Positions 51,304 to 64,000 of a stretch of DNA of 64,000 bases are shown here, piece by piece. The notes under the pieces are model-generated. The model was not told where the DNA came from, searched no databases, and saw only the letters and a program-made list of their open reading frames with translations. Within the stretch, counting starts at the first letter, position 1, and every line of letters begins with the position of its first letter. Source of the DNA: Eledone cirrhosa (Eukaryota); contig OZ024756.1 in NCBI GenBank assembly GCA_964016885.1, positions 17,546,001-17,610,000 of the forward strand. Direction: 5' to 3'. The position numbers were made by a program, and so were the translations under genes.

Positions 51304-52076
51304 ATACTCATCTTTTTCCATTTATCTGAGGGTTCTAAACCCCATTATCAGGCTAAAATTCCTTTAGTAAAAAATACGGTGAAAGCTATTCTATTTTCTA
51401 ATTTCAAACCTGCTCACTATATATAATCAAAAGGTCGAGTTAAAAACTCTCAATAATCCCATACAATCAAATTCTTCTTGTCGTGTCCACAAGAGTGTCA
51501 GTTAGAAAGCTTGGCTAGATGTGGTTCCACCAGTCATTGCTGTCCTTTCTCATTAAACTTTGTTCCTTCAGCTTATAAATCAAATAAGCTGAAAAAACAA
51601 ACTCCGAACTCTTTATAAAACATAGTAAGAAGAGAAATACACATAAATATATGTATCGGATATAAAACCATCAGGATGAGGAACTCAAACTACGGATGGA
51701 ACGGCGAATACAAATTAATTAAAAGAATAAATCAAAGTGTACAGACCAGCCATATCCGACCCGCTGCAATGCTACTAAGGTGTTGACTTGCCTCAAAGTT
51801 TACCAGCTGTTTCAAGATGGAAAACCCAAATCTCTCTACGTCATCTGATACACCGGACAATGAGTATGAGGGCGAGCAGGAAGAAGATTGTTTAATTTAT
51901 TAGTGTGATAATTAAGCCAATTAGCCGAACAAACAAAGTATATGTTGAGATAACGAAGAGCTCAACATTAATGTCAACAAATACTTGAAATGTTTATTAA
52001 ATATTAACATTATCTCATCTCTGTTCCTTCCCTTAGGAGTGTTACTGTTGCTGCCAAACGATCTCTCCCTCTTAAT

Positions 52077-52240
52077 AATTGTTTCTACTTTAGGCACAAG
52101 GCCAGCAATTACCCAGTGCATTACTGGTACTTTATTTTATCGACCCCGTAAGGATGAAAGGCAAAGTCAACCTCGGCGGGATTTGAACTCAGATCGTAAA
52201 GGGACGTAACTATGCTGGAAAGCATGGCGTCCGACCCTCT
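52077..52240 (-). mobile_element. SINE family A, young
   Basis: Almost identical to 40930-41111 and 3103-3287. Confidence 0.88.
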
Positions 52241-52834
52241 AATAATGATGATAATGTTTACTACTACGACTACTATTACTACCACCTCCACCACTACTAC
52301 TACGACTACTGTTACCACCACCACTACTACAAGTACTGTTACCACTACCACCACCATCAACACTACTACTACCACCACAACAACATTTTCCTGAAATGTC
52401 AGAATATAACAGGTTTCACTTTTAAGCAGTTCACCTCAGTTTTCAAAGGACCATATATGGAGGTGCCAGTAAAGTCAAGTGAATTACAATTTTGGGGCTG
52501 GATTTTGTTTACTTGCTTTTAAAAAAAAAAACGTTTTTTATTATTTATTTTTAATTTTCAGCACAGAGTGGATTCGAAAATTTTATTTTTATTTATTTTT
52601 TCCTCTTCACCTAAAATAAAATATTAGGAAGACTTCGTAAAATGTTAGAGTTGAGTGAGTTTAAAGTTCAGATTTCTGATCAAAGATGTTAAATCCAATG
52701 TTTTTGATGTTGTTATTTCGTTCTCAGAAATATCGTGTCCCATTTTTTAAGTGTTGTTATTTCGTTCTCAGAAATATCGTTCCCATTTACAATATTGATG
52801 TCTGCTACCAAACATGAAAGTAATCTCTCTAGCT

Positions 52835-53420
52835 CAGAGGTTCTCAAAGCGGATGCTACCGCCCCTGGGGGGCATTGAGAAGGTCCAGGGGGCGCTGGGG
52901 CTTAAGCGGGGTGTGAGGGTTGGCGGTAGAAATGATATAATAATATATTAAATACCAAATGATATATATATATATATATATAAATATCATCATCGTTTAA
53001 CGTCTATCTTCTACGCTAGCATGGGTTAGACGGGAGTTGTCCCACTTGAGGCAAGATTGGTCGGGTGACCGTATCTCGCTCGTATAGGACTACTTGGCAG
53101 GTTTTCTACGGTTGGATGCCCTTCCTAACACCAACCATATTTACAGTGTGGACTGGGAACTTTTTACCGTGTTACCTTCACGACCACATTACAGCGTGGA
53201 CTGGTTTTTTTTTACCTTCTCTCTTTTTTTTTTTTAGTAAAATAAAACAATATATAATATTATACATAGTATATATTATATTATTTATTTTATATAAATT
53301 AACGATTTTATTTATTACATATTATTTACAATTTGCGTGTAGGCAGGTCTCTCTGGAAATAGGGTTGGGGGTGAGGGTGTTACGTGGCCATGAGGGAGGG
53401 GGGAAGTTTGAGAACCTCTG
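52835..53420 (+). mobile_element. hAT MITE (same family as 17268-17602) with nested SINE 3' part (about 52987-53215, minus strand)
   Basis: TIRs CAGAGGTTCTCAAA/TTTGAGAACCTCTG; TSD ctctagct/ctttagct. Confidence 0.9.
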
Positions 53421-54402
53421 CTTTAGCTGAACACCAGTAAGAAAAAGACAAGTAAAAGAAAAAAATACAAAAGAACATTCAATATAAATATAATCAATGG
53501 ATACTTCCAGCATTCTTGGCCCCTAAATCACCTCCTTACTATTACTAGGGAAGAGTTGGTCACCTACAGGAGAGAAACCCATGAGTTGGAATGGCTATTA
53601 CAATATGTCTCCCTTGGGCAACGTTTTCTTCCATTATGTCTTTTTGGGACCAAAAGGTGGTACATGTGTGTATGTATGTGTATATGTGTATATGTGTTAG
53701 TATGCGTGTGTGTGTATATATGTGTATACATGTGTATGCATATATACATGTGTGTGTATATGTGTGCATGTATACATGTGCATATGTGTGTTTGTATATG
53801 TACAAATGTGTATATATGTGTATACATATGTATGTATATATGCATGTGTGTATATGTGTGCGTGTATACATGTGCATGTGTGTGTTTGTATATGTACAAA
53901 TGTGTGTATATATGTGTATACATATGTATGTATATATGCATGTGTGTGTATATGTGTGCGTGTATACATGTGCATGTGTGTTTGTATATGTACAAATGTG
54001 TGTATACATGTGTATGTATATATGCATGTGTGTGTGTGTCTATGTGTGCATGTTTGTGTGTATACATGTGCATATGTGTGTGTATATGTGCATGTGTGTT
54101 TGTATATGTACATATGTGTGTATGTGTGTATGTACAAGGGCTCCCACACACCAGAGAAAGTGCCACCCCACACCATCCAGGCCTGTATCACTGGGGTAGC
54201 AATGTTCAGTTGTACTATGGCTGTATCACATCAAAAATTAAATTGAACAAAAATATAAGAAACAAGATTCAGATTTTTATTTTTTAAAGTCTTTTATTTA
54301 TTTCAGGACTTATTTTGTTGTTTTTTTTTTTCTACTTGAATTACCAACAACTTACCAAATTCTGTACCTTGGTTGCTGTGTGAGGTTCTCTTCCTTCTTC
54401 AA

Positions 54403-55420
54403 TGATCTTACAGTTGTGTTTAGCTGTGGAAAGAGTTTCTCTCCTTTGTAGATCTTATAGTTGTGTTTAGCTGTGGAAAGAGATTCTCTCCTTCGTTGTA
54501 GATCTTACAGTTGTGTTTAGCTGTGGAAAGAGATTCTCTCCTTCGTTGTAGATCTTATAGTTGTGTTTAGCTGTGGAAAGAGTTTCTCTCCTTAGTTGTA
54601 TATCTTATAGTTGTGTTTAGCTGTGGAAAGAGATTCTCTCCTTCGTTGTAGATCTTACAGTTGTGTTTAGCTGTGGAAAGAGATTCTCTCCTTCGTTGTA
54701 GATCTTATAGTTGTGTTTAGCTGTGGAAAGAGATTCTCTCCTTCGTTGTAGATCTTACAGTTGTGTTTAGCTGTGGAAAGAGATTCTCTCCTTCGTTGTA
54801 GATCTTATAGTTGTGTTTAGCTGTGGAAAGAGATTCTCTCCTTCGTTGTAGATCTTACAGTTGTGTTTAGCTGTGGAAAGAGATTCTCTCCTTCGTTGTA
54901 GATCTTACAGTTGTGTTTAGCTGTGGAAAGAGATTCTCTCCTTCGTTGTAGATCTTATAGTTGTGTTTAGCTGTGGAAAGAGATTCTCTCCTTCGTTGTA
55001 GATCTTACAGTTGTGTTTAGCTGTGGAAAGAGATTCTCTCCTTCTTTGTAGATCTTATAGTTGTGTTTAGCTGTGGAAAGAGATTCTCTCCTTCGTTGTA
55101 GATCTTACAGTTGTGTTTAGCTGTGGAAAGAGATTCTTTTCTTCTTTGTAGATCTTACAGTTGTGTTTAGCTGTGGAAAGAGATTCTCTCCTTCTTTGTA
55201 GATCTTACAGTTGTGTTTAGCTGTGGAAAGAGTTTCTCTCCTTCGTTGTAGATCTTACAGTTGTGTTTAGCTGTGGAAAGAGATTCTCTCCTTCGTTGTA
55301 GATCTTACAGTTGTGTTTAGCTGTGGAAAGAGATTCTCTCCTTCTTTGTAGATCTTATAGTTGTGTTTAGCTGTGGAAAGAGTCTCTTCTTTCTTCATTG
55401 GTCTTACATCTGTGTTTAGC
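54403..55420. repeat. 50-bp minisatellite, about 20 copies
   Basis: gatcttacagttgtgtttagctgtggaaagagattctctccttcgttgta. Confidence 0.97.
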
Positions 55421-55642
55421 AGCAACAAAAATGTCCAACTGTCACAGAATAACTAAATTTATTATTGAAATAGAAGTTTCACTGTAATATTTTGACTAAA
55501 TAATATAGTTTAATAATAGGACAGATAAACCCACTGGACAGAAAAAGATGGCTATCAGCACACAGGAGCTTCTGTTTCTATTTTAATTGCAAATTTTGCT
55601 CACCATGTTCCAAACATACTTGCTAAATTTATTATATCTTTA

Positions 55643-56143
55643 TTAACCCTTTATCATTTTCATTACTCTATATATACTATTACTCTATATATACATTACG
55701 CTATATATACAATGGAGGGACATGGCCTAGTGGTTAGTTGTGAGTTCAATTCTCGGACTGGGTGATGTGTTATTTCCTTGAGCAAGACACTTTATTTCCC
55801 ATTGCTCCAGTTTACTCAGCTGTAGAAATGAGATGATAGGACTGAGGTCCCTATCATTAAATTACCCAAGAAACCTCCGAGATATACCTTGGAGGAGGCC
55901 CGCTAAACTTGCATAGGTGTGAGCTGTCACACACACACACACATATATACTATTGTATTTTCACAAAAAAGGTTTTATTTCACATAATTATATCACATAA
56001 TATCGAATCTATGGGATTTTGATATTATTTATTTTGAGAACAATACCTTAACGTCGATATGAGCATCCGGTTACGACCAGTTTGAACAGAAAGAGGTGAG
56101 AGAATTAAACCAGATATGGCTGGTTTAAATGCTAAAGGGTTAA
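55643..56143 (+). mobile_element. piggyBac-like MITE with nested SINE B fragment
   Basis: TTAA|CCCTTTA ... TAAAGGG|TTAA. Confidence 0.8.
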
Positions 56144-56342
56144 CAGTTTCTTTGTTCAACATCTAAAATGGTTAGCCAGCCACATCCTGTTTTTTCTTTG
56201 TTGTTTTCTTTGTTTCTGTTTTGCATAATTTATATATCCCTGCTTGTTGTCAGAAGCTACTGAAAGGGTTAGTGTCAGGAAGGGCATCCAGTTGTAAAAA
56301 TGTCCCATCCAACCCATGCCAGCACTGAAAAGCCAACGTAAA

Positions 56343-56855
56343 AATGATGGTGATGGTTGTGATGATGATGGTTGTGATGGTAATGGTGATGATGATGATG
56401 GCGGTGGTGATGATGGTGATAATGGTGGTGGTAATGATGATGGTGGCGGTGGTGATGATAATGATGATGATGGTGGTGGTGATGAAGATGATGGTAACGA
56501 TGATGGTGATGGTGGCGGTGGTGGTGGTGGTAATGATGATGATGATGATGATGGTGGTGGTGATAAGGATGATGATGATGGTGGTGATGATAATGATGAT
56601 GGTGGTGGTGATGATAATGATGATGGTGGTGGTGGTGGTGATGATAATGATGATGATGGTGGTGATGATGATAATGATGGTGGTGGTGGTGGTGGTGGTA
56701 AGGATGATGATGGTGGTGGTGGTGGTGGTGGTGGTAAGGATGATGATGGTGGTGGTGATGGTGATGATAATGGTGGTGCTGATGATGGTGGTGGTGGTGG
56801 TCATTGTAATGATGATGATGGTGGTGGTGATGATGGTAATGGTTATGATGATGAT
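56343..56855. repeat. (GAT/GGT)n tract, expanded from a SINE tail
   Basis: Follows a SINE B 3' end at 56265-56345. Confidence 0.93.
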
Positions 56856-57157
56856 GTGTACATCTCTCAGAAACCAGTCCACAGTCCAACAGAGCCCCAG
56901 AGAAAATATAGGGGTTCCTTCCTTGGTTTGTGATATCTCTGCATTGGTTCATGTGCCATGTATGTGTGTATGTATATTTCTATGTATGTGTGTATGTATA
57001 TTTGTGTGTATGTGTGTATGTATGTGTTTATGTGTATTTGTGTGTATGTGTATTTGTATGTATGTATATTTGTGTGTATGTGTGTATGTATATTTCTATG
57101 TATGTGTGTATGTATATTTGTGTGTATGTGTGTATGTATGTGTGTATGTATATTTGT

Positions 57158-57757
57158 GACCTGTTGGTGCTACTGGTAACATGTATCCCAGTACAACCTG
57201 TCTCATGGTCGGGTCGTTGGCGACTAAACTGGCAACCCCACCAAGGTTTCTTGGTGAGGAGGGTGACTTTGGACATCCTGCAGGACTAAAAACAAAACCT
57301 GTCAAAGGGCAAAGGAGCTCTTAAGAGTCAATGGCCATCCAAAATCACCGGGAGCGATGACCCCTTAGCCTTTGTCAAGGCAGAATTCTAGGAGAAGGAA
57401 AACTCTATAACACCTGCAACCCTGATGGTATCCAATGATGTTGACTTGTTCTTCTTTTTGGTAAATATCATCTTGGTTAAGAGAGTGGGACTGGCTTTGT
57501 GCAGTGCCTTTGCTCACTATAAAAGCTTCACGGCACAGGCATTGCTTTATATCTGGAGATCTCTCTGCACTTGTCGTCACATGGTACCATGGGTCCAGCA
57601 CTATGTGTCAGTAATTGTCACAGGTGTAGTGTTTGTACCAGAGTTTTCAAGTCGCTGGCTGGACTAAAAAGTCACACTTGTTCAGCGCATCGGTAGGGGT
57701 TCTCCTACATGGATATAAAGTAGTGGCCGTACTCGAAAACGAGTTGGCAGCCACCAT
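57158..57757 (+). mobile_element. Bipartite non-autonomous RTE derivative (5' UTR joined to 3' end)
   Basis: RTE 5'-UTR-like GGAGAAGGAAAACTC at 57391; C2H2-coding 3' part; terminal hairpin ctcg-aaaa-cgag; (TATG)-type flanks. Confidence 0.7.
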
Positions 57758-58617
57758 GTATATTTGTATGTATGTGTGTATGTGTATTTGTATGTATGTG
57801 TGTATGTGTATTTGTATGTATGTGTGTATGTATATTTGTATGTATGTGTGTATGTATGTATGTGTGTATGTGTATTTTTATGTATGTGTATGTGTATTTG
57901 TATGTATATATGTGTGTATAAATATATGTTTCTGTATGAATATATATATGTATGTATATATATATGTGTATGTATATATGTGTGTATGTATATATGTGTG
58001 TATGTATGTGTGTATGTATATATGCGTGTATATATATACGTGTGTGTATGTATATACGTGTGTGTATGTATATACATGTATGTATACATGTGTGTGTGTA
58101 ATATGTATAAATGTGTATGCATATATGTGTGTATGTAATATATATACATGTGTATGTATATATGTGTGTGTATGTATAAACGTGTATGTATATATATGTG
58201 TGTGTAATATATATACATGTGTATGTATATATGTGTGTGTATGTATATACGTGTGTATGTATAAACGTGTATGTATATATGTGTGTGTGTGTAATATATA
58301 TACATGTGTATGTATGTATGTGTGTATATATATATGTGTGTGTGTATGTATATATATGTATGTACATAGCAGCTGCTGTGACTCAGTTATATGTGTATGT
58401 CTCATGTAAGGCTTATTAGAAAACAAACAACAAAACAAACTCCAACACAACAAAAAAACTAATATAAGTAGAGATTAATTAATTAATAAGTTAAGATTGA
58501 TGAACTAACATACTTAAACATTTAATCTGAATATAGACACCAGATGCAGGACATGATATGTATGCCATATCTACTGCTTTTTTTAATTAAAAAACCCAAA
58601 CATTTTCATTATCATTA

Positions 58618-61117
58618 TAACCCCTGGTTTACAATAGGTACACTGTATCCCTGTATGTCCCAATATACCCACTAACCCCTGGTTTACAATAGGTACACTG
58701 TATCCCTGTATGTCACTATATCCCCACCACCTCCAGTTTACAATAGGTACACTGTATCTCTGTATGTCCCAATATACCCACTAACCCCTGGTTTACAATA
58801 GGTACACTGTATCCCTGTATGTCCCAATATACCCACTAACCCCTGGTTTACAATAGGTACACTGTATCCCTGTATGTCCCAATATACCCACTAACCCCTG
58901 GTTTACAATAGGTACACTGTATCCCTGTATGTCCCAATATACCCACTAACCCCTGGTTTACAATAGGTACACTGTATCCCTGTATGTCCCAATATACCCA
59001 CTAACCCCTGGTTTACAATAGGTACACTGTATCCCTGTATGTCCCAATATACCCACTAACCCCTGGTTTACAATAGGTACACTGTATCCCTGTATGTCCC
59101 AATATACCCACTAACCCCTGGTTTACAATAGGTACACTGTATCCCTGTATGTCCCAATATACCCACTAACCCCTGGTTTACAATAGGTACACTGTATCCC
59201 TGTATGTCCCAATATACCCACTAACCCCTGGTTTACAATAGGTACACTGTATCTCTGTATGTCCCAATATACCCACTAACCCCTGGTTTACAATAGGTAC
59301 ACTGTATCCCTGTATGTCCCAATATACCCACTAACCCCTGGTTTACAATAGGTACACTGTATCCCACCACTGGTTTACAATAGGTCACTGTATCCCTGTA
59401 TGTCACAATACCCACCCCTGGTTTACAATAGGTACACTGTATCCCTGTATGTCACAATACCCACCTCTGGTTTACAATAGGTACACTGTATCCCTGTATG
59501 TCACAATACCCACCCCTGGTTTACAATAGGTACACTGTATCCCTGTATGTCACAATACCCACCTCTGGTTTACAATAGGTACACTGTATCCCTGTATGTC
59601 ACAATACCCACCCCTGGTTTAAAATAGGTACACTGTATCCCTGTATGTCACAATACCCACCCCTGGTTTACAATAGGTACACTGTATCCCTGTATGTCAC
59701 AATACCCACCCCTGGTTTACAATAGGTACACTGTATCCCTGTATGTCACAATACCCACCTCTGGTTTACAATAGGTACACTGTATCCCTGTATGTCACAA
59801 TACCCACCTCTGGTTTACAATAGGTACACTGTATCCCTGTATATCACAATACCCACCTCTGGTTTACAATAGGTCACTGTATCCCAGTATGTCACTATAC
59901 CCACTAACCCCTGGTTTACAATAGGTACACTATATCCCTGTATGTCACAATACCCACTAACCCCTGGTTTACAATAGGTACACTATATCCCTGTATGTCC
60001 CAATACCCACCTCCAGTTTACAATAGGTACACTGTATCCCTGTATGTCACAATACCCACCCCTGGTTTACAATAGGTACACTGTATCCCTGTATGTCACA
60101 ATACCCACCTCTGGTTTACAATAGGTACACTGTATCCCTGTATGTCACAATACCCACCTCTGGTTTACAATAGGTACACTGTATCCCTGTATGTCACAAT
60201 ACCCACCCCTGGTTTACAATAGGTACACTGTATCCCTGTATGTCACAATACCCACCCCTGGTTTACAATAGGTACACTGTATCCCTGTATGTCACAATAC
60301 CCACCTCTGGTTTACAATAGGTACACTGTATCCCTGTATGTCACAATACCCACCCCTGGTTTACAATAGGTACACTGTATCCCTGTATGTCACAATACCC
60401 ACCCCTGGTTTACAATAGGTACACTGTATCCCTGTATGTCACAATACCCACCTCTGGTTTACAATAGGTACACTGTATCCCTGTATGTCACAATACCCAC
60501 CCCTGGTTTACAATAGGTACACTGTATCCCTGTATGTCACAATACCCACCCCTGGTTTACAATAGGTACACTGTATCCCTGTATGTCACAATACCCACCC
60601 CTGGTTTACAATAGGTACACTGTATCCCTGTATGTCACAATACCCACCTCTGGTTTACAATAGGTACACTGTATCCCTGTATGTCACAATACCCACCCCT
60701 GGTTTACAATAGGTACACTGTATCCCTGTATGTCACAATACCCACCCCTGGTTTACAATAGGTACACTGTATCCCTGTATGTCACAATACCCACCTCTGG
60801 TTTACAATAGGTACACTGTATCCCTGTATGTCACAATACCCACCCCTGGTTTACAATAGGTACACTGTATCCCTGTATGTCACAATACCCACCCCTGGTT
60901 TACAATAGGTACACTGTATCCCTGTATGTCACAATACCCACCCCTGGTTTACAATAGGTACACTGTATCCCTGTATGTCACAATACCCACCCCTGGTTTA
61001 CAATAGGTACACTGTATCCCTGTATGTCACAATACCCACCCCTGGTTTACAATAGGTACACTGTATCCCTGTATGTCACAATACCCACCCCTGGTTTACA
61101 ATAGGTACACTGTATCC
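58618..61117. repeat. Minisatellite switching from a 52-bp to a 48-bp unit
   Basis: ccctggtttacaataggtacactgtatccctgtatgtc... Confidence 0.97.
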
Positions 61118-61224
61118 ATATAATATAAAAGATTGATCAACTTTCGTAAAATCGGACCGAGGAAACAATGTTTCCGTTGGTCTTTCCAGTTGTTAATACT
61201 ATCTATCGGTTGCAACTCCAGGTA

Positions 61225-61345
61225 GAAGGAGCAACGTGAAATAAAGTGTCTTGCTCAAGGACATAACACATCGCCCGGTCCGGGAATCAAGCTCACAAGC
61301 TCAAGATTGTGAATCCTATTCTCTAACCACTCAGCCACATGCTTT
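61225..61345 (-). mobile_element. SINE family B head
   Basis: A/B boxes and ccttgagcaagacacttt on the minus strand. Confidence 0.75.
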
Positions 61346-61705
61346 CACTGTATCCATTTGTCACTATATCTAACCTCCCCCCAGTTTACAATAGGTACAC
61401 TGTATCCCTGTGTCACTAGATCCTCCACCATGGTTACCAATAGGTACACTGTATCCCTCTATGTCACCATACTCTCCCCCTGCCAACCTGGTTTACAAAT
61501 CAGGAGAGCTTGCAACCTCTTTGGCTCTTCACACATGTTGCTTTTTAAAGCACCAAAGGAGACATAGCTTCATTTGAGCTGCAATAACAATGGCTTGTCA
61601 ATCTCACCCTACTTTTTCACACAATATCAAAAATACATGGGAGACCATCGTATATTTTGGGGGCTCCAGGAAAGGCTTCTCGCTATGAAACATCGCCTCA
61701 AAAAA

Positions 61706-61933
61706 AGACCCTGATATATGGTCAAGTTTTGTCAAAGGGTCCCGCAAAGCTAGTCCCTCATTTAGCAGAGACAATAGCTTCGAAGACCCTGATATATGGT
61801 CAAGTTTTGTCAAAGGGTCCCGCAAAGCTAGTCCCTCATTTAGCAGAGACAATAGCTTCGAAAACCCTGATATATGGTCAAGCTTTGTCAAGGGGTCCTG
61901 CAAAGCTAGCCCCTCCTTTAGCAGAGACAATAT
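61706..61933. repeat. 78-bp tandem repeat, 3 copies
   Basis: aagaccctgatatatggtcaagttttgtcaaaggg... Confidence 0.92.
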
Positions 61934-61953
61934 CATTAAAATGCTTCTTCTTG

Positions 61954-62169
61954 TTAACCCTTTAGCATTTAAACCGGCCATATCCGGTCAGAATCCTATC
62001 ACTTTTTTCTGTTCAAACCAGCTATAACCGGCCGCTCATACTGATGTTAAGGTATTGTTCTCAAAATAAATAATATCAAAATCTCATAGATTTGATATTA
62101 TGTGAAATAAAGTGTTTTCTGTGAAAATACAATAGTATATATAGAGTAATGTCACTGCTAAAGGGTTAA
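61954..62169 (-). mobile_element. piggyBac-like MITE, complete
   Basis: TTAA|CCCTTTAGCA ... TGCTAAAGGG|TTAA. Confidence 0.85.
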
Positions 62170-62209
62170 GATTGATCAACAAATAGACTTACACATTTAA
62201 TATGACACT

Positions 62210-62612
62210 TGAGTAAACTGGAGCAATGTGAAATAAAGTGTCTTGCCCAAGGAAACAACACATCACCCGGTCTGAGAGTTGTGAGTTCAATTCTTAGACC
62301 AGGTGGTGTGTTGTTTCCTTGAGCAAGACACTTTATTTCACATTGCTCCAGTTTACTCAGCTGTAGAAATGAGATGATGGGGACTGGGGTCCCTATCATT
62401 CCACTGCAAAGTGGACGTGGAGGTGCCACGGCAAAAAAAGCACCCAGCCCACACTGTAAAGTGGTCGTGTAGGCGCCACGGAAAAAAAGCACCCAGCACT
62501 CACTGTAAATGAGGTTGGTGTTAGGAAGGGCATCCGGCTGTAGAAATCAAGCCAGAATCAGTTCCCGTCCCACCCTTGCAAGCAGGGAAAAGCAGACTTA
62601 AAATGATGATGA
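62210..62612 (+). mobile_element. SINE family B, 5'-truncated, with inverted duplication 62210-62359
   Basis: About 70-bp arms around the B box; body matches 20661-20990. Confidence 0.8.
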
Positions 62613-63370
62613 TAGGATATAACAGTTTCTAATTTAGACTCAAAGCCAACAATTTTAGGGGGTGGGGTAGAGAAGGAGGCGAACTGATTATACTGACCCC
62701 AGTATATGACTGGTATTTTATTTCATAGACCCCAGAAAGATGGAGAGCAAAGCAGTTTCTAATTTAGGCAGAAAGCCAACAATTTTTAGGGGGTTGTATA
62801 AAGAGGGGTGTGGTGGCTTATTATACTGACATCAGTACATGAGTGGTATTTTATTTCATCAACACCGGAAGGATAGAGAGTAAAGTTGACCTCAGTGGCG
62901 TATTGAACTTACAATGTAAAGAGTCAGAATAAACACTGCAAAGCATTTGACAGATGCCGTAACATCATTGCCAATCAACAGATCTTATATATAAGATATA
63001 ATGAGAAATAAATAAACAAAACAAAACATGAAGGAAATAATAGGAAAAAGCAAGGCCATACCTTCTTAGTATATTTTACATTTTATCTTGCTTTTCATTA
63101 TAATTATGTTCCGTCTTAACCTATAATCAGTCGCAGTACAGAGACATAAAGACAGCAATGAAAAGAAATGCAGAAAAGTAAACAAAAGAAACCATGAATT
63201 GGGAGAGAGAGAAATATCTAAGATTATAGATAAGGAGAATATGATGTAAGGAGGGAAATATTGGAATGTGAAAGTGAAAGTAGAAATAGACAAAACAGAG
63301 AGTATGTATTTTCTTTTTTGTTCTTCATCATCATACTACAGAAGGAGGACAATAGATTTCTGCAATGGAT

Positions 63371-63408
<38 letters not shown>

Positions 63409-63691
63409 GTATATATGTATGTATGTATACGTACGTATATGTATATGTATGTATATATATAATTGGTTTCTATTGCTTAGTATCTGTCTCAAAAACAAGG
63501 ACAGAGGAACAAAGAAAAGACACAATCAACATAAGTGTATTACATTATTGGTTCTTGTTCTCATCATTTTATATATATATATACATATATATATATATTT
63601 AAAGGTTAAACAAGGTTCAATGAATAAATCAAAGAATGAGTTTTACAATAGATTGGAAGCACTCAACAGAAATGGTTTTCCAGAGTTATTA

Positions 63692-63818
63692 ATATTAATT
63701 CAAAATATTAACAAAATAGATATTCTTGTGATCAAGTATATTTTATTATACATATTTCAGAGGTACTGAGCTAACTTCAACTTGATCACAAGAATATCTA
63801 TTTTGTTAATATTTTGAA

Positions 63819-63825
<7 letters not shown>
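63692..63825. repeat. Inverted repeat with 46-bp perfect arms beside (TA)n
   Basis: 63692-63737 vs 63780-63825. Confidence 0.9.
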
Positions 63826-63860
<35 letters not shown>

Positions 63861-63946
63861 GGTAAGTTATTCCGGGTTGAATCGGAGGTAACCACAGTAA
63901 GTAAGGTACTCAATACATAGTAGAGTATAAAAGTTTTAATATATAT

Positions 63947-63999
63947 GAGATTCTACAGGACTAGAAGTGTTTCATTCTTGTGAAATCATTAGGAATCTC
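63947..63999 (-). ncRNA. Hammerhead with a core mutation (CTAATGA)
   Basis: gagattc CTAATGA tttc-acaa-gaat GAAA ca..tg TA gaatctc; 7-bp stem I; followed by a family-P-like tail to 63861. Confidence 0.65.
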
Positions 64000-64000
64000 T

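Noticed and set aside
51668-51700. ccatc-aggatgag..caaa..gatgg hammerhead-like relic and possible upstream GIY-YIG remnant
   Set aside because: Several core mismatches; no convincing translation
61604-61981. Repeat-protein ORFs
   Set aside because: Product of a 78-bp triplication; no recognisable domain or splice context

Overview
Repeat-dense eukaryotic DNA, probably intronic/intergenic. An Octopus-like cephalopod origin is inferred from the SINE repertoire and microsatellite load. No intact protein-coding gene is visible, and nearly all long ORFs in the track are microsatellite artefacts. The window contains: fragments of RLE-type (R4/Dong-like, CRE-like), RTE and CR1-like LINEs; two abundant tRNA-derived SINE families; a Buster-type hAT remnant with nested MITEs; piggyBac-like and mariner-like MITEs; many minisatellites; a 5S rRNA-derived retrocopy; and a stray PATJ/MPDZ-like PDZ exon. 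The strongest hidden signal is a population of about 15 minimal type I hammerhead ribozyme motifs from several unrelated families. They sit in short islands embedded in (TA)n tracts, and several occur as mirror-image pairs in long inverted repeats, consistent with Penelope-like element or retrozyme remnants. Other notable items: a 5S-head/LINE-tail chimera (candidate SINE3), an HDV-like ribozyme candidate at the 5' end of a bipartite RTE derivative, fold-back 5' junctions, and tandem arrays born from transposon parts. All structures were read by eye; nothing was computed or searched.
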